Shown here piece by piece: positions 22,392 to 35,700 of a stretch of DNA of 64,000 nucleotides. The position numbers and the translations under genes are program-made. The stretch's first letter is position 1, and every line of letters starts with the position of its first letter. The stretch comes from Hydrolagus colliei (taxonomy: Eukaryota), in the NCBI GenBank assembly GCA_035084275.1, contig CM068748.1:9672001-9736000 (forward strand), written 5' to 3'. The notes beneath the pieces are model-generated. The model made no database searches. It had not been told where the DNA came from and worked only from the letters and a program-made list of their open reading frames with translations.

Positions 22392-25250
22392 TTTTTTTCA
22401 CACAACTTTGATAAGATTGCACTTTACTTTTGTGGTTTATTGCATCATCTGAGGCTTTCGACTGTGTTTACCTCCTCATAAATCCTGTCTACTGTATCTA
22501 TCAATTACTCAGTCAAATGCAAGCCCTTTGACTATGCAAATTATAAAACCAATTATTTTATTGTATTGCATTCATAAAGTACTGACATAAACCTGCAGAA
22601 AAAATGATGAATACACTCTATATAGTCAGCATCTGCTTCCTGTAATCTAAGTCTTACATACTGAATGTTACTGGCACAGGCAGTTCTGCCCTCTCTATCA
22701 TAAATCACAGCTCATACTTTTCCAACTTCTCTTATTAATCTGCAGTTTCGGTTAAAGAATGGTATTAGCCTAGGAAAGGCAGACGCAAGTATCCATGTAA
22801 AGTAAATGTTTTTGATGTGTTCGGGGAGTGCATGCTTCTTTCTACTTCTCCCAGGACACTTGGGTAAATGTTTAAACTTTAACTGTTAATATTCAACTAA
22901 GCTGAAGCATTCATCATTTTGTCAACTTAAACATTCTGGTCTTTTTCATCTACACATGTACTTTCCTTGTAACCTGCCTTGTCCAATTAGTTCTTCAGGT
23001 ACTCCATCTTCATCCCTGATCTATCACAGCACCAGGGAGGTGTGCCCAGTCACTGTCACTGACCATGACGAAGCAGCACATAATTGTGTAGCACAAGACA
23101 TCCTGTGGACTAAGTCCAGACAACTTTGACTAATAAACAACTCAACAGCCTTTGAATGGCAATTTTAACCCTTACTCTGCTAAATAAACAGGAACTCCAT
23201 ACAGTTAGCACGACAAATGTTGTGACTGGTGTCTTAAGTATTGAGTGAGTGGTCACAACATCTTCTTAATAGAAAGGCCTCTGATCAGACAAAAAGGCCA
23301 AATGATCAGCTGATACAGCAAAAGAGATTTTCTTTATTTGAGTATTTTCATGTAGATCATCAGATTTTTCTTACCTGAAAACATACGAATGTTTTGACTC
23401 TGAGTAATAAAGTTACAGCACGTGGAACGTTATGATACTCAGTTCAAGATTATTATTTCAATCCCCAAATGGCCTCATAATAGCTCAGACCCAGAACAAG
23501 GATGTTAGCCTTTATAATCCCCTTACCAGGTCCATATGACCAGTTACACTAATTAATTAGCTGTAAAGGACTGTTATGATCTGATAAAACATTATGCATG
23601 AAATATTGCTTGATAGTCAACTCAAAGCAAAAGAAAAAAACTAATACAGCTTGATGCTGGAATTTTTTTAAACAATATCATTCCCTGGTAGGTCTAAGCA
23701 ACATTAGTTTTGCTTGCTTTTGATTTATTGTCTGTACCTTAATTGTTTTTCTTTGCACTACATACTTTTCTTATGTTTTGTTTATTGGAAGTGAGATTTA
23801 CTGAAATTTACACTTTGAGCTGTTGATACAAAATGCACAGCCTTAAAGAGAGGATTAATATTTACTTTATAATGCATCAGTGTGCAGAAAAACAATAAGA
23901 AATAATGATCCAGTGTAATTTGGGGGATGTCTATCAGGTAGGAAGGAATAAGGTGTTTCTCGAACAGATGGTTAATTGATAGAAAAGCTGAGAAATGCAG
24001 GTCTGGTGCATTCCTGCAAAACAACCCTGGTAATCCCATCTTTTAAAGGATGAAATTATTTAGCAACCTGATAGAACCACAGTTTACTTTGATGCCTAGG
24101 CACACTGACATTTTTAAAAACAATGTTACCAAGCCTATTTCAGCATTTCAGCACTGTCACCCATAAGAATAATTAGTTTCCATCAAAGCAGCAGATTATC
24201 TGTTCATGTCATCCACAGGGTCATTACGATGAGCTACCAATAAAGATGAATTATGTCTAATCTTTCCTTCACTTCTGTCTGCCTGATTGATGATTATAAC
24301 ATCTCCAATATTACAAAGCAAAAAAAAATTACACTGACATTTAGAACCTAAGGATCTGACAAATAAAACTGAGTACAAAGTATGTTCAATGGTGGAACAA
24401 CAAGTAAAGACAAATAACACTCAAAACAGAAAGGCAATTAGACAGCGTATGAATTATAGAATGTGTATACCTTGTGGGTGGAAGGTAACCCAATCAATTA
24501 TAAAGCAGAAGGGGATCCCAAACATTTCCCCATGACACTTTATTATCAAGTATATTGACTTAATGTGCCTTGCATTTCCAGCAGGAAGACAAAAGGCTCT
24601 CCCAGGTATTCATTGGTTACTAAGCAACACCTTAAGACTCACTAAAATCAGTAAATAAAAACCCAGGCATTTACAGTTTTGGGGTGTCTATTTTGCTGCC
24701 CCCATAATGGAAAAGTCCAGGGGGAAAATGTAACACTAAAATACCTGGGTAAACTGGATGAAAATAAAGATTTATTTTGGAATAAATAAACCCACTTAAA
24801 CGTGACGTGAAAGGCGCTATACAAACGTAATTTGTTGTTGCTGTTGTTAAAGGTGCCTGGATATTCCTGCAACCAGTTCCTTTTCCTACACATTTGATGG
24901 CATGTGCAATTGGCAGTGAGGCATGTTACGGAATGCATGCACACCATAAAGGATGCCAAACAAACTGTGAGATTTTTTAAGAATGAAATTCAGGTAAAAA
25001 TTATTCAGCGCCGATTGAGTTTAAACCCAAAATGAATATTTATCATTGAAAATCTGTAAAAACAATAACAGAAAAATTACATTTGTATAAAGGCCTTTCC
25101 AATAGTTCTTACCTTTTACCCATAGACAGAAATATGCCACAATCATTTATCCAAGCAACTATCTTTGAACACAAAGAAACAGACCTGCAAGTCACCTGCG
25201 CAACATTGCCAGGCTCCACAATTATCTCACCCCCCGCGCTGCCGAAACAC

Positions 25251-25871
25251 TCGTGCATGCATCATCACCTCACGGCTGGACTACGGAAACTCTCTCCTCG
25301 TCGGCCTCCCCAGTTCCTCCATTCACGGGCTGCAGGTCATCCAAAACTCTGCAGCCCGTGTACTATCCCACACCTGCCTCCGCGACCACATAACCCCCAC
25401 CCTCGCCCGTCTCCACTGGCTCCCCATCCTCCAGAGGATCGAGTTCAAGATCCTCGTCCTCACCTACAAGGCCTTACACGGCCTTGCCCCGCCCTATCTA
25501 ACCGATCTACTCTCCCCCTACACGCCCACCCGGATCCTCCGTTCAACAGGACTTGGCCTGCTCCAAGCCCCCCGCCCGAACCGCCCCACCATCGGAGGCC
25601 GGGCCTTCAGTTTCTCCGCTCCCACCCTATGGAATGCCATCCCTCAATCCCTCCGTTTCGTTTCTTCCCTTTCCTCTTTCAAGGCTGAAGACTTTCCTCT
25701 TCGATCGTGCCTTTTGTTCCACCCCGAACTCTTTTACCTCACCTTCGTGTTTCACCCCTTCCCAACCACTCCCCTCTCAGCTCGGGTCACATGCCTCCTG
25801 TGCAGCGCCTTGGGACGTCCTCCCGACGTGAAAGGCGCTCTATAAATGTAATTTGTTGTTGTTGTTGTTGT
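25251..25871 (+). mobile_element. L2 LINE 3' end (ORF2 C-terminal fragment)
   Basis: [14 protein letters not shown]...IQNSAARV...[14 protein letters not shown]...[17 protein letters not shown] is typical of the L2 ORF2 C-terminus; stem-loop plus (TTG)n. Confidence 0.93.
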
Positions 25872-26059
25872 CACAAGCAAACCCTGGTGCATTCGTGTAA
25901 GGTGGAGTGAATTACTAAAAGCTTTTTGGGGGTTGCTGAAAGAAGTTACAGATGGATATTTTAATTCAAAATGTTTGGAAAGAAGTACTTGTTGAATATG
26001 ACAGGTTACATTAGGATGATATTTTGATGTGAAGTAGCAAGATGGCTGTAAATGTATCA

Positions 26060-26320
26060 CCCAATAAAATTACAGTGTCTAATCAGTAGATTGGGTGCTC
26101 CATGACAGCATTGTTTCAGAAGCCTGAATTCCGGTTTTATTGCCTGACAGTTAATCATGTGTTTTTAGCAAATATTCAGTCATTGTACGCATTATAATGG
26201 AGTTAGTAAATCAGAGAGGAAACATTGCCACTAAACTTACGAGAAATGATTTATTGTGTAATTATGTGATCATAAAAGGTACTTTCACATGACAGTAAGG
26301 CAGTTCCATTAGCAGGATTA
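26060..26320. promoter_or_regulatory. Candidate PBX-HOX/MEIS enhancer
   Basis: Three TGACAG and two TGATTTAY within 200 bp; function inferred. Confidence 0.45.
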
Positions 26321-27330
26321 CATGTAAATAACTTGGGCTACCTCTCATTCCTGCTTTCATGCACCAATTCTGAAAAGAAGGTTGCCTGCCTGTAAGTAAA
26401 ATGTCTCAATCATTATAGAAAACATGACATTACATTATGTTATGTTCCTTGGGTTATAACTGAACCACAGAGGATACTGAAAAGGACAAAGTTTCTCCAT
26501 TTAATGATCACTTAAAATTTTAACACTCAACCAAATTTATGCAATATATTTTACAGATATGCAGAATAAATGCATTAGGGAATGTATCATTAGATCTGTG
26601 ATCGTCAGTAAAGCAGTACTACAATTAAACATCAATTTTTGGAAGCTGTGTTGAAATTCATAATTATTTTATTCCCCTGATTTATTATCAGAAATTCATC
26701 TGTTTACCGAGTTATGACAGTGTTTTAGATATTTCTAACACACATCTTCCAGTAATGAATTAGGGGATATTTAAATGGCCTGAAGGATAATGTTTGAATA
26801 ATGTAGTATTTCAAGATTTGAGATTTCTTCGGAGATCATTCTTCTGCAAGCTGTAATAAGTTGCTGCCATTCCCAACAAAACAAGTTCAGCCACCTGTGC
26901 CTCAAATTATTGTACTTTAGGAACCAGTGATGGTAGGAGTGACTGTATTGATGTTTGCCTTTCTTTAAGCGCTCTGATTAATAAACCACAAAAATCGTAA
27001 GCCCTAAACATAATGTAGATTAACAGTCATATCATGAAGCAGTTAACCAATTCTATTCAATTCAACTGCTAAATCAATCAAAATGAAATTATATTGAGAA
27101 TCATTAATAGCGAGGATTGACTCTAATGGGGTTATGCTGCACTGCCACACAGAGGATCTAGGCTTGATTTCAAACCTCGACTAACATTTAGTCTCATCTA
27201 ATCTCTATGGTTGTCTCTCAGTGGCTAATGACCAGACTATCAAATGAATGGCTTCATAATCATGCATAAAATCATTGAAAAGGGCAAAAAACTGTTGTAA
27301 ATGATAATCATTTATGTATCACAAACACAC

Positions 27331-27365
27331 AGATATATATATATATATAGATATATATATATCTA
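27331..27365. repeat. (AT)n microsatellite
   Basis: Direct reading. Confidence 0.8.
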
Positions 27366-29337
27366 GAATATCTAGAGGATACTCAGAATGTAACTAAGGA
27401 ACACTATGTTTACCCCAGTAGTACAGAAATCAAATAGCAAATATGTATTTACTGTTCTCTTAAATAAATTCAAGAGAAGTTAGTTGATTTTGAAAACCAA
27501 TTCTACTTATTTTTAGTGATAATTACCTGTATTACAAAGTGTAAAGTATGGTTTGATCATTTGTAGCCATCAGTAGAATTAAAAAATAGACAACAATTTC
27601 TTGAATGTATTGCAATAATGCTATCTATAATGCTATCACCTAAGATTGTTATTCTAATTCTACAATATAATATTCAGCAGAAGCAAATTGCCATCAGCAT
27701 TACTACATTAAGTGCTCTGAGACACTACTCTGCATGGAAGGCGCCACATAAGTGCAAGTTGTTGTCATTGTTGTTATTAAATAAATGAAAAGGAAGCAGG
27801 TGTTCTAGAAATGAAAGTGTTATACTTCCAACAATATTTTGACCTCTCTTCAAACATAGATCTGTCAGTGATCGATTTTTATAGTCAGTGTATCACTGGC
27901 TGCTTTTATGGGTAGTGAACTATGGCTATCTGTTATAAGTTTTAGTTCTACAAGTCAATATGTTTAGTGTAACATTTAAAACAAGGCTGGAAATGTTTGA
28001 CTTGAAGCCTAGCAATATCCATTAGACATTACAGTTACATTCACAATTGATTTTAATCTGGCATTTGAAAATATTATGTGTATATTACTGAACTAAACAA
28101 GCTAAACATTTAAACAAGGACTGTGATCAATTTTTAAAATGCATTGTCTTGTTAAGGCAAAAATTGTTGAAAGCGGTTGTAACTGCAATTACAACCAATT
28201 CAACCAATTCATAGAAGTCAGTTCATAATTATACAATAACATTAACTGTAAGTAATTCCTAATTTCACCTATTAAAATAAACCATATGCATAGACATATA
28301 CATTGGTTTCCTTATATGAATCAATATTAATGACGTTTCAGATCTCGACAAAAAATCAAAACTTTAAAAATATACACAGCGGTTAGAGCTTAAGTGACTG
28401 GATGACATTCAATTAAAACAATATTAGCACTTCAAGATAAATTTTGTTCAATTTACTCCTACTCAAATGTAACATTAGTGACTTTTTTTTAATTGGATCA
28501 TAATGTCTGACTCCTACACAAATGTAACTAAATGAAAGACTTTGGGGGTTGAACATCGCTTAATTTACTCCTTCTCATCTGTAATAACATTAAATATGCT
28601 TTAGGGTAGATACTGTTTCCCATCAATTTTATTTAAAAGAAACCTGAGATTTCAGACAGAGTTATTCTAGAACATGAAAATCTCATATGTAGATTTTTTT
28701 CTTATCCAGGAGAATATTAATTTTCTATATTTTAAAAAGTAAACACTGCTGAACCTGTCAATTAAAATCCAGCATGAAACAATAGATGATGCCACTACAT
28801 CTCCATTACTCTCATATATTATAATATTATTATTAAAGACAATGCCTGATTTGCATGGCATTTTTATAGGTTATCAATCTTTCTGGGACTACATTTGGGA
28901 AGAATGCTCACTGGAAGTCATATTTTTAACGATGATTGTTAGTCATGTTTTCAATCATTATTATGTTGTCAAGTGGGCTCCACAAAGTGGTCTTATTACT
29001 AGTTCCAATCCTGTTAATATGATGATATGTGCCATAAACTGATAGCAAGTCAACACTTTGTGCAATTCACGTCCTGGTTTCAATCAAATTCTACAACACA
29101 CAACGCTCATGAGAAGACTGCCTGGCAGCTCGTGGGAATCCACCAGACTTTTCTCCAAGAGTCAAACATTGTTGCTCTCAATGGTGTGTTTTGGTTGTTT
29201 TTCACTGGGCAGTGAATGGAATCATCTGCTTTTGGTGGCAAAGCGTATCCAAATCAGACCAAACTATATAAGATATAATTATAAACAATATCCCATCAGT
29301 CAATCACATAGCAGTACTATAGTCTTAATATCAGAGG

Positions 29338-29660
29338 GGCTCCCCATCACCCAGAGGATCCAATTCAAGATCCTAGTCCTCACATTCAAAGCCCTCCGTT
29401 GTCTTGCTGCACCCTACATCTGCAACCTCCTAACCCCCTACCAATCTCTCTGTCCCCTCCACTCCGGCCTGTTCCACGTCCCCCGACCCACCCGCGCCAC
29501 TATTGGCGGGCGAGCCTTCAGCCATTGCCCCCAACCTCTGGAACTCCATCCTGCAGTCCCACCGCCTCGCACCCTCCCTGGCCTCCTTCAAGTCCCGCCT
29601 CAAGACCCTCCTCTTCGACGGTCCCATCAATTTGGGTCACCCCAATTCCCCCACTTCCCT
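29338..29660 (+). mobile_element. L2 LINE fragment
   Basis: LPITQRIQFKILVLTFKAL...IGGRAFS. Confidence 0.88.
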
Positions 29661-30150
29661 CCACGTCTCCAAAATGTTTTATATATAACATATTTGGCCA
29701 TTAACACTGCATGACAAATAATTGTCTTTCCATAAAAGTGGGACACAGAATTTCTTCGCATATGTAAGAAACCTACCCAACCAGAAGTAATTTTCCACTT
29801 GCAGCAACTGTTACCATAGCAGCCAACACCTAATTGTCCTACTTCATAATACTTATTCTGCTTTAAACAGACAAAACAAAATCAAAAGAACATGTGACTG
29901 GAACGGTATATTCTATAAAGGAAACACTGCAGCCTGAAGCTGCTAAAAACAATACTTATTGTGTAGACATCAACAACAACAAAATTACATTTGTAGAGCT
30001 CCGTTCACATCAGGAGGACGTCGCAACGTGAAAGGGAGGACATCCCGACATGACTAACTCCTAACTTGCTCATGTCTTATGTATGCAGCCTTAATCACAT
30101 GTGTAAACATATATTTAACAATTTCTTGCCATTTAAGTATATACTGTATA

Positions 30151-30471
30151 TAATAATAATCCTTCCAGTTGATATATCGCTTTTCACGTCTTCTAGATGT
30201 TTCAAAGCACTTCACAGAATATACTATAAAGTGTATAAACTATAAAGACTGTATATATGTGGCCGAAACGCGGTAGCCAATTGTGCACAGCAGTGTCCCA
30301 CAAACAGTCATGGATTCAGTGACTAAGTTATTATTCTTTTTATTTCTTGAGGGATTATTATCATTTGTGTGGAGTATGGAAACTTGCCCAAGGTTTCACT
30401 CTGCCGGGAATCAAACCCAGATCTCTTGCTTGCAAGGAGTGTGTTCTAACCATTGAGCTACGGGACTCCAC
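30151..30471 (-). mobile_element. tRNA-derived SINE (major family)
   Basis: Reverse-complement match; further tail fragments at about 30589-30660 and 30878-30975. Confidence 0.87.
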
Positions 30472-31146
30472 TCTAGATATATGTATATATAGGACTCTAG
30501 ATATATGTATATACTGCACTCGACTTCTACAACTAACATTTAAAAAAAGTTTTGTTGAAAGTGAACTTACATGGCCTTTCGAATGGCTTAATAATAATAA
30601 TCCTTGCGGTTTGATATAGTGCCTTATCACGTCGTCAAGATGTCTCAAAGCATCTTACATGAACAGTTAATGAAGTACATGTCATTTCACTGTGAATGAA
30701 TACATACATTTATAATCTTACACACTGCAATTCTGCTATGTAGCAAAATCAAAAAGTAGGACATATGGATAGCATATTAGGAGAATATCAACACCAAATG
30801 TGCATAGGTTATTCCTGGATCCCATTGATATAGAAGCATATGCCCAATACTCATGAAAGGATCACAAAATCATCTAAATAATAATAATAAACCTTGCATT
30901 TGATATATAGCATTTTATGTCGTCTCAAAGCATTTCATATAATATCCTATAATGTGGATTGACTATGTATTTGGTGAGTTAAACAAAACTATCGTATCAT
31001 GGCGAAGGATCACAACACCTGCAATTTGTTTTGTGTAATGTGTTGAAATGAAATCTGGTTCACAATTTATTTTTCAAATCCTAAATCATTTTGGGGCATT
31101 GAAAGAATCTATAGGTTTTGCGAGCAGGAAATGAATAGTAAGGAAC

Positions 31147-31325
31147 GTGGAGTCCTGTAGCTCAGTGGTTTGGGCACTTAGCTCGCAAGCGAGATGACCT
31201 GGGTTTGATTTCCAGGCACGATGAAACGTTAAGCAAGTTTCCTTACTCCACACACCTGTGTGCGTTTTGCCTACAAAATATACAGTCAATTTACTTTACA
31301 GCACATTATATCCTATGAAAAGCTT
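31147..31325 (+). mobile_element. Internally deleted SINE
   Basis: Head GTGGAGTCCTGTAGCTCAGTGG joined directly to the distal body. Confidence 0.75.
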
Positions 31326-31450
31326 CAACATTAGAATGAACTTTGAAACCGAAGCTTCAGTGACTAGCAGAAAGGGTAACAATGTACAAAAGATTCAGAG
31401 AAAACTAAGACAAGTAGAAACAAACAATAAGAATAAGGCAAGTGGAAGAG

Positions 31451-31543
31451 TTGTGACAAAGGGTTGTAAGCCTGAAACATTGACTCACTTTCGTTTCTCC
31501 ATAGATGCTGCCTGAATGTTCCCAGCGATTTCTGTTTTTGTTT
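31451..31543 (+). mobile_element. Decayed Penelope-like mini-element
   Basis: GTGACAAAGGGTTGTAAGCCTGAAACATTGACTCACTTT...ATAGATGCTGCCTGA; core mutated. Confidence 0.65.
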
Positions 31544-32647
31544 AAGAACAATAAGGGTTACCTTTACATAGAATTATAAAAAAGGGATGCAGCTTCAGAG
31601 AACAAAGGATGATATATATATTTTACAAAGATTTCATCCTCACACTGTTCAAAAAATCTAAATTTAGAAATGTACAAAATGTTCCTAGATAGCAAATAAG
31701 TTAAAACTATCAGCTTTTAAAATTTTGTTTGGTTGGTTGATAATATTCCACATCTGCATGCCCTTTTATGAATAACATACACTTGAAACACATGAATTTC
31801 AATAAATTGTAGTGAAAATTAAAATGCTTGTCAGTAATTAACAAACAAAGCAACTTTCAAAGACAATAATGGCACAACATGAATTTAATGTCTATACTTG
31901 ACGTGTAATATATCCTTCCAGGCAATTATGCTGCATATGCTGCATATTAAATACAGAAATTATTCAACATGGTTTTTGGAAGAGACATTCAACTGAGGTC
32001 TTGTCTATCTAAAAAGACAATCTTACACAATTGAAATAGAGAATGGAATTTCTCCTGCTTTACTGGCCAACTGTCCTCCAGATAAAATGGTCCTTCATCT
32101 CATGGCTGCTAGTTGTTTGTTTCTTGTAAATCACTGTCTTTTACAGCATTATTACATTATGGGAAACATATTAGATTTTCTTACTTGTACAATACTTTGA
32201 AAAGTATAACTGCAAGGAGCCTATAAGCTAAAGAAAATAGCAAGTTGAAATATTAATGGAACTTAACTGGATAAGTTACTGCAATGATAATAATACTGTA
32301 TATTGTAAATGAGCATTTGAAAATGCACTAACTCCTCAATTAAACTAATCTTGCATTTGTTACATTACTGTGAAACTCATGACCTCTGAGTGAATTGTGC
32401 CATGCTATTTGGAGAATAGTTAATATCTTGCAGATAATAAAAGCACACCAGTTTACATGGTTTAGCATGACACAACAGCACAAACAAGTAATAAAGATGC
32501 TGTAATTTTTTTATTTAAAAATATTGCTATTTTGAGTAGATCTTCAGCCCTGGGCTGCAATGTCACAAGTTACAATAGCTTTTCTGCTTGGCATTCCTGT
32601 TTGCTCTGTAGTTTTTAGATTTAGTGTCATATTATTCTGCTCTAGCT

Positions 32648-32728
32648 CCCAGCGCCTTGGGACGTCCTGCGCCTTGGGGCGTCCTGCTGACTTGAAAGGG
32701 ACTATACAAATGTAATTTTGCTGTTGTT
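32648..32728 (+). mobile_element. L2 tail fragment with internal duplication
   Basis: GCGCCTTGGGACGTCCT occurs twice (second copy with one change), then AAATGTAATTTTGCTGTTG. Confidence 0.65.
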
Positions 32729-35700
32729 CAGCTGAAGATACACACATGTATAGGTTAAACAACACTTCTGCAAGAGGAATATAAATACAGTACTGTATAC
32801 TGAAAATCAGTATAGGGAGAATAAATACACAAGATTACCATATCACTGTTTTTACAATCTTTGAGGTGTGCTAAACTCCCAGCACAGCTTGTCACAAAAG
32901 CTATAGAATCCATGGAAATAGTACTATACAATAGTACCAGAACCACAAGCAAACAGTCAAAGCAGCTGAGAAAAGCTACTAACAATTAAATTGTTTTGTT
33001 TGATTGAAAAAGTACTATTATATGTATTATTCTAATTATTGTGAATAATAATAATTACTGTGAATGTATGATTTTTCCCCCCAAATACTAGTATTTATAA
33101 ATTTAACTTACAGTTGAATGGTATACAGTATATTATTTGGAAACATGGAAATTGTATAGATGATTGTTTTAATGTGTGTGTGAAAACAACTTGCCTAATA
33201 TAATTAACCAGAGATTTAACTTTCAGTGAAAGAACTCTTAGTAGCAGTAGTACTATTTGGAAGTAGCCAACCTGACAGTTATGGGGATGCTGCTGCTGTA
33301 GAATGACATCAGTTGAAATGTTTGTTAGATAGAATACTGTAAAGCTTAATCCTTCCCACGTAAGGAAAGGACCATGTTCTCTCTACCACTGGAGCAAACC
33401 CGTTCAGATACGCTGGAGTCTTGGTTCTGAAAACTGCTATTGATACATAGGATTCTAATAAAATGACCTGTGATAAGTTGATGAATTAAATTAGTCATTC
33501 TACTCTGACAGAATGTGTTTAGTCACAATAGAAACCCTCTATCTGTAGCTTACTTGGTGCAGAAGCTTCTGTATAAGTGGTTGTGCAATTCTTTTTGACA
33601 ATTATGTAAAGCTTATAGTACTGCAGAAAATAATTGCTGAAACTATTTTCAGAGATCAAGACACCACTTGTTTCCACCTTCTTAATTCTTACCTGAAAGT
33701 AAAATTGGACGTGGGAAATCTCTTCCTTGGTTAGAGGTATAACTACAGTGTGAAATAATGTAACAAGGAAGGCTTTTTTTCTGTAAACTTTATTTTACAC
33801 CTAACTTGTCAAATATATCCATGACACAGCTTGAATGATGCATCACATACAAACAGAACAAAAAAAAATCGACAGTTAGAAATGCTAAACAAGAAGCACA
33901 CATCTGTGAAAAAAAACCAAGCCTCTTTAGTTGAAAAGAATGAATAATGATAGTGTGTGGGTTGCACTTTCTATACAGCAGCCACTGGTAAGACCTTTCT
34001 ATAAGCAGCTATCCAATAACAATTGAAGAGCTATTGCTGTTCTAATTCACCACCCACAGCCATTTTGAATGAGCTGCATAGCCTAAATTCTGAAAGCAGG
34101 AATTGCATTCCCTATTCAAGAATTCAGTTGGTTTTATTTAATTGGAGGATGTTAACATCCATTTATTTGATGCTAGTAAGAAAAGGCTGGAAAATTCTTC
34201 AGTTGTTCATACATTTTGTGAAGGTAAAATCAATTGAAACAATATTTTAATTAAAAATTGGTGCCTTTTATGAATGTTAAATAAAAATCTGAAAGAGTAC
34301 AGTAGCATTTGAACAGCCAAACACATTTTTTGTGAGTACTGAAACTGCTTTGTAATTGAACTGCAGTATGTTTTGTGGTGAGGCCCAATAATAACTTCTA
34401 AACAATAACTTTCTCTTGTTCAGCTGTAGTATTTCTTCAAAGATACAGTATCTGTTTAAGTGTTAGATTAATGATAATTTAAAAAATATATACACAGTCA
34501 CCCATTCGTTCACATACTATTTCTTGCTTCATATCACCCCTCACCCATCCAGTTACTTGTCTAACCCATTCTTTCATAGAATATCACCCATGTAGTCTCT
34601 AACCAATCCATTTATCAACTTTGAACCAATGAACCACCTTCTCACCCATTCTATCATATGATCTCATTGCAACATAAATTTTAACCCACTCAGTCGTGCT
34701 CATCATTTCTTCCATGGAATTGTACACAAAATATGAAAGTTTTATACAGGATGAGTATGAGTTCAGGGGCAAAAAGAAAATGATTTGTGTTGTGAGAAAT
34801 GAACGTTCACTGAAAACATCCCATCAAGCTGTTATCAACAAAAAAAACACTCAAGTACTCAGATGCCTTTTGAAGTTTAATCCACTTTTTTTTTACCTCT
34901 ATCTCCTCAATAAATGTGAGTACATTTGTACTGATCTATACCCCATTGCTTCCAAAATGTTACCAACTACATCTTATGGCCTCTTCTCTTTTTAGGTGAA
35001 CACTGTTGTTTCATGCTGGACTGTTTTCATACCACAGATGTTAGGCCATCATTCCTAGTTAAGGATCTCTATCTTAATTGTTCTGGGTTCTAATCTGGGC
35101 ACACCATGGCTGTTTGTGGCACATATATTGCTGAATAGTTGAAATCAGCGAACTCATCATAAATTAAGGTTACATTTTGCTGCTGTTTAAGATGCAAGTA
35201 TGCACTGTGTGTTCTATTTACCTATCTCTATAAATGGAAAAACTAAAATGTTTAAGAAAAAAGGATAAGAAGGATTCATTTCAGTTAGAATGTAATTTCT
35301 TTAATGATAAAATACAAAATTACCATCTGGAGTAACAGTCTGTCACTGCATCTGTTGGTGTTGAAACATAATAAAACGGAATGTAAATATCCATCTCATT
35401 CAAGTTGCAGCCATGATTTCCAATGCTAATGTGCAATTCAGACCAAAATATTGTTTTTAATTCTAATGGTTGGGAACAATATTTTCAAAGAAGGTAGCTA
35501 TATTGCTATCATTACCAGGAAAATCATTCCAATATTAATAATTGATTTTTCAAGTTAAGATATCTAATTGTACAGCTGCATTACAAAATACTGGCAAGAA
35601 CAGATACGGATGTTAAACATAGAATTGTGAATGCCAGGTTATGTATATTCACGTTTTAAACAGTGTTTTGCCAAATAGGATGAACCACTCAATTGCAGAA

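Noticed and set aside
25083-25845. Long ORFs of 201 and 226 aa (also 29058-29714, 50256-50900, 54829-55254, 59827-60276)
   Set aside because: They are L2 ORF2 remnants or their alternative frames, not host genes.
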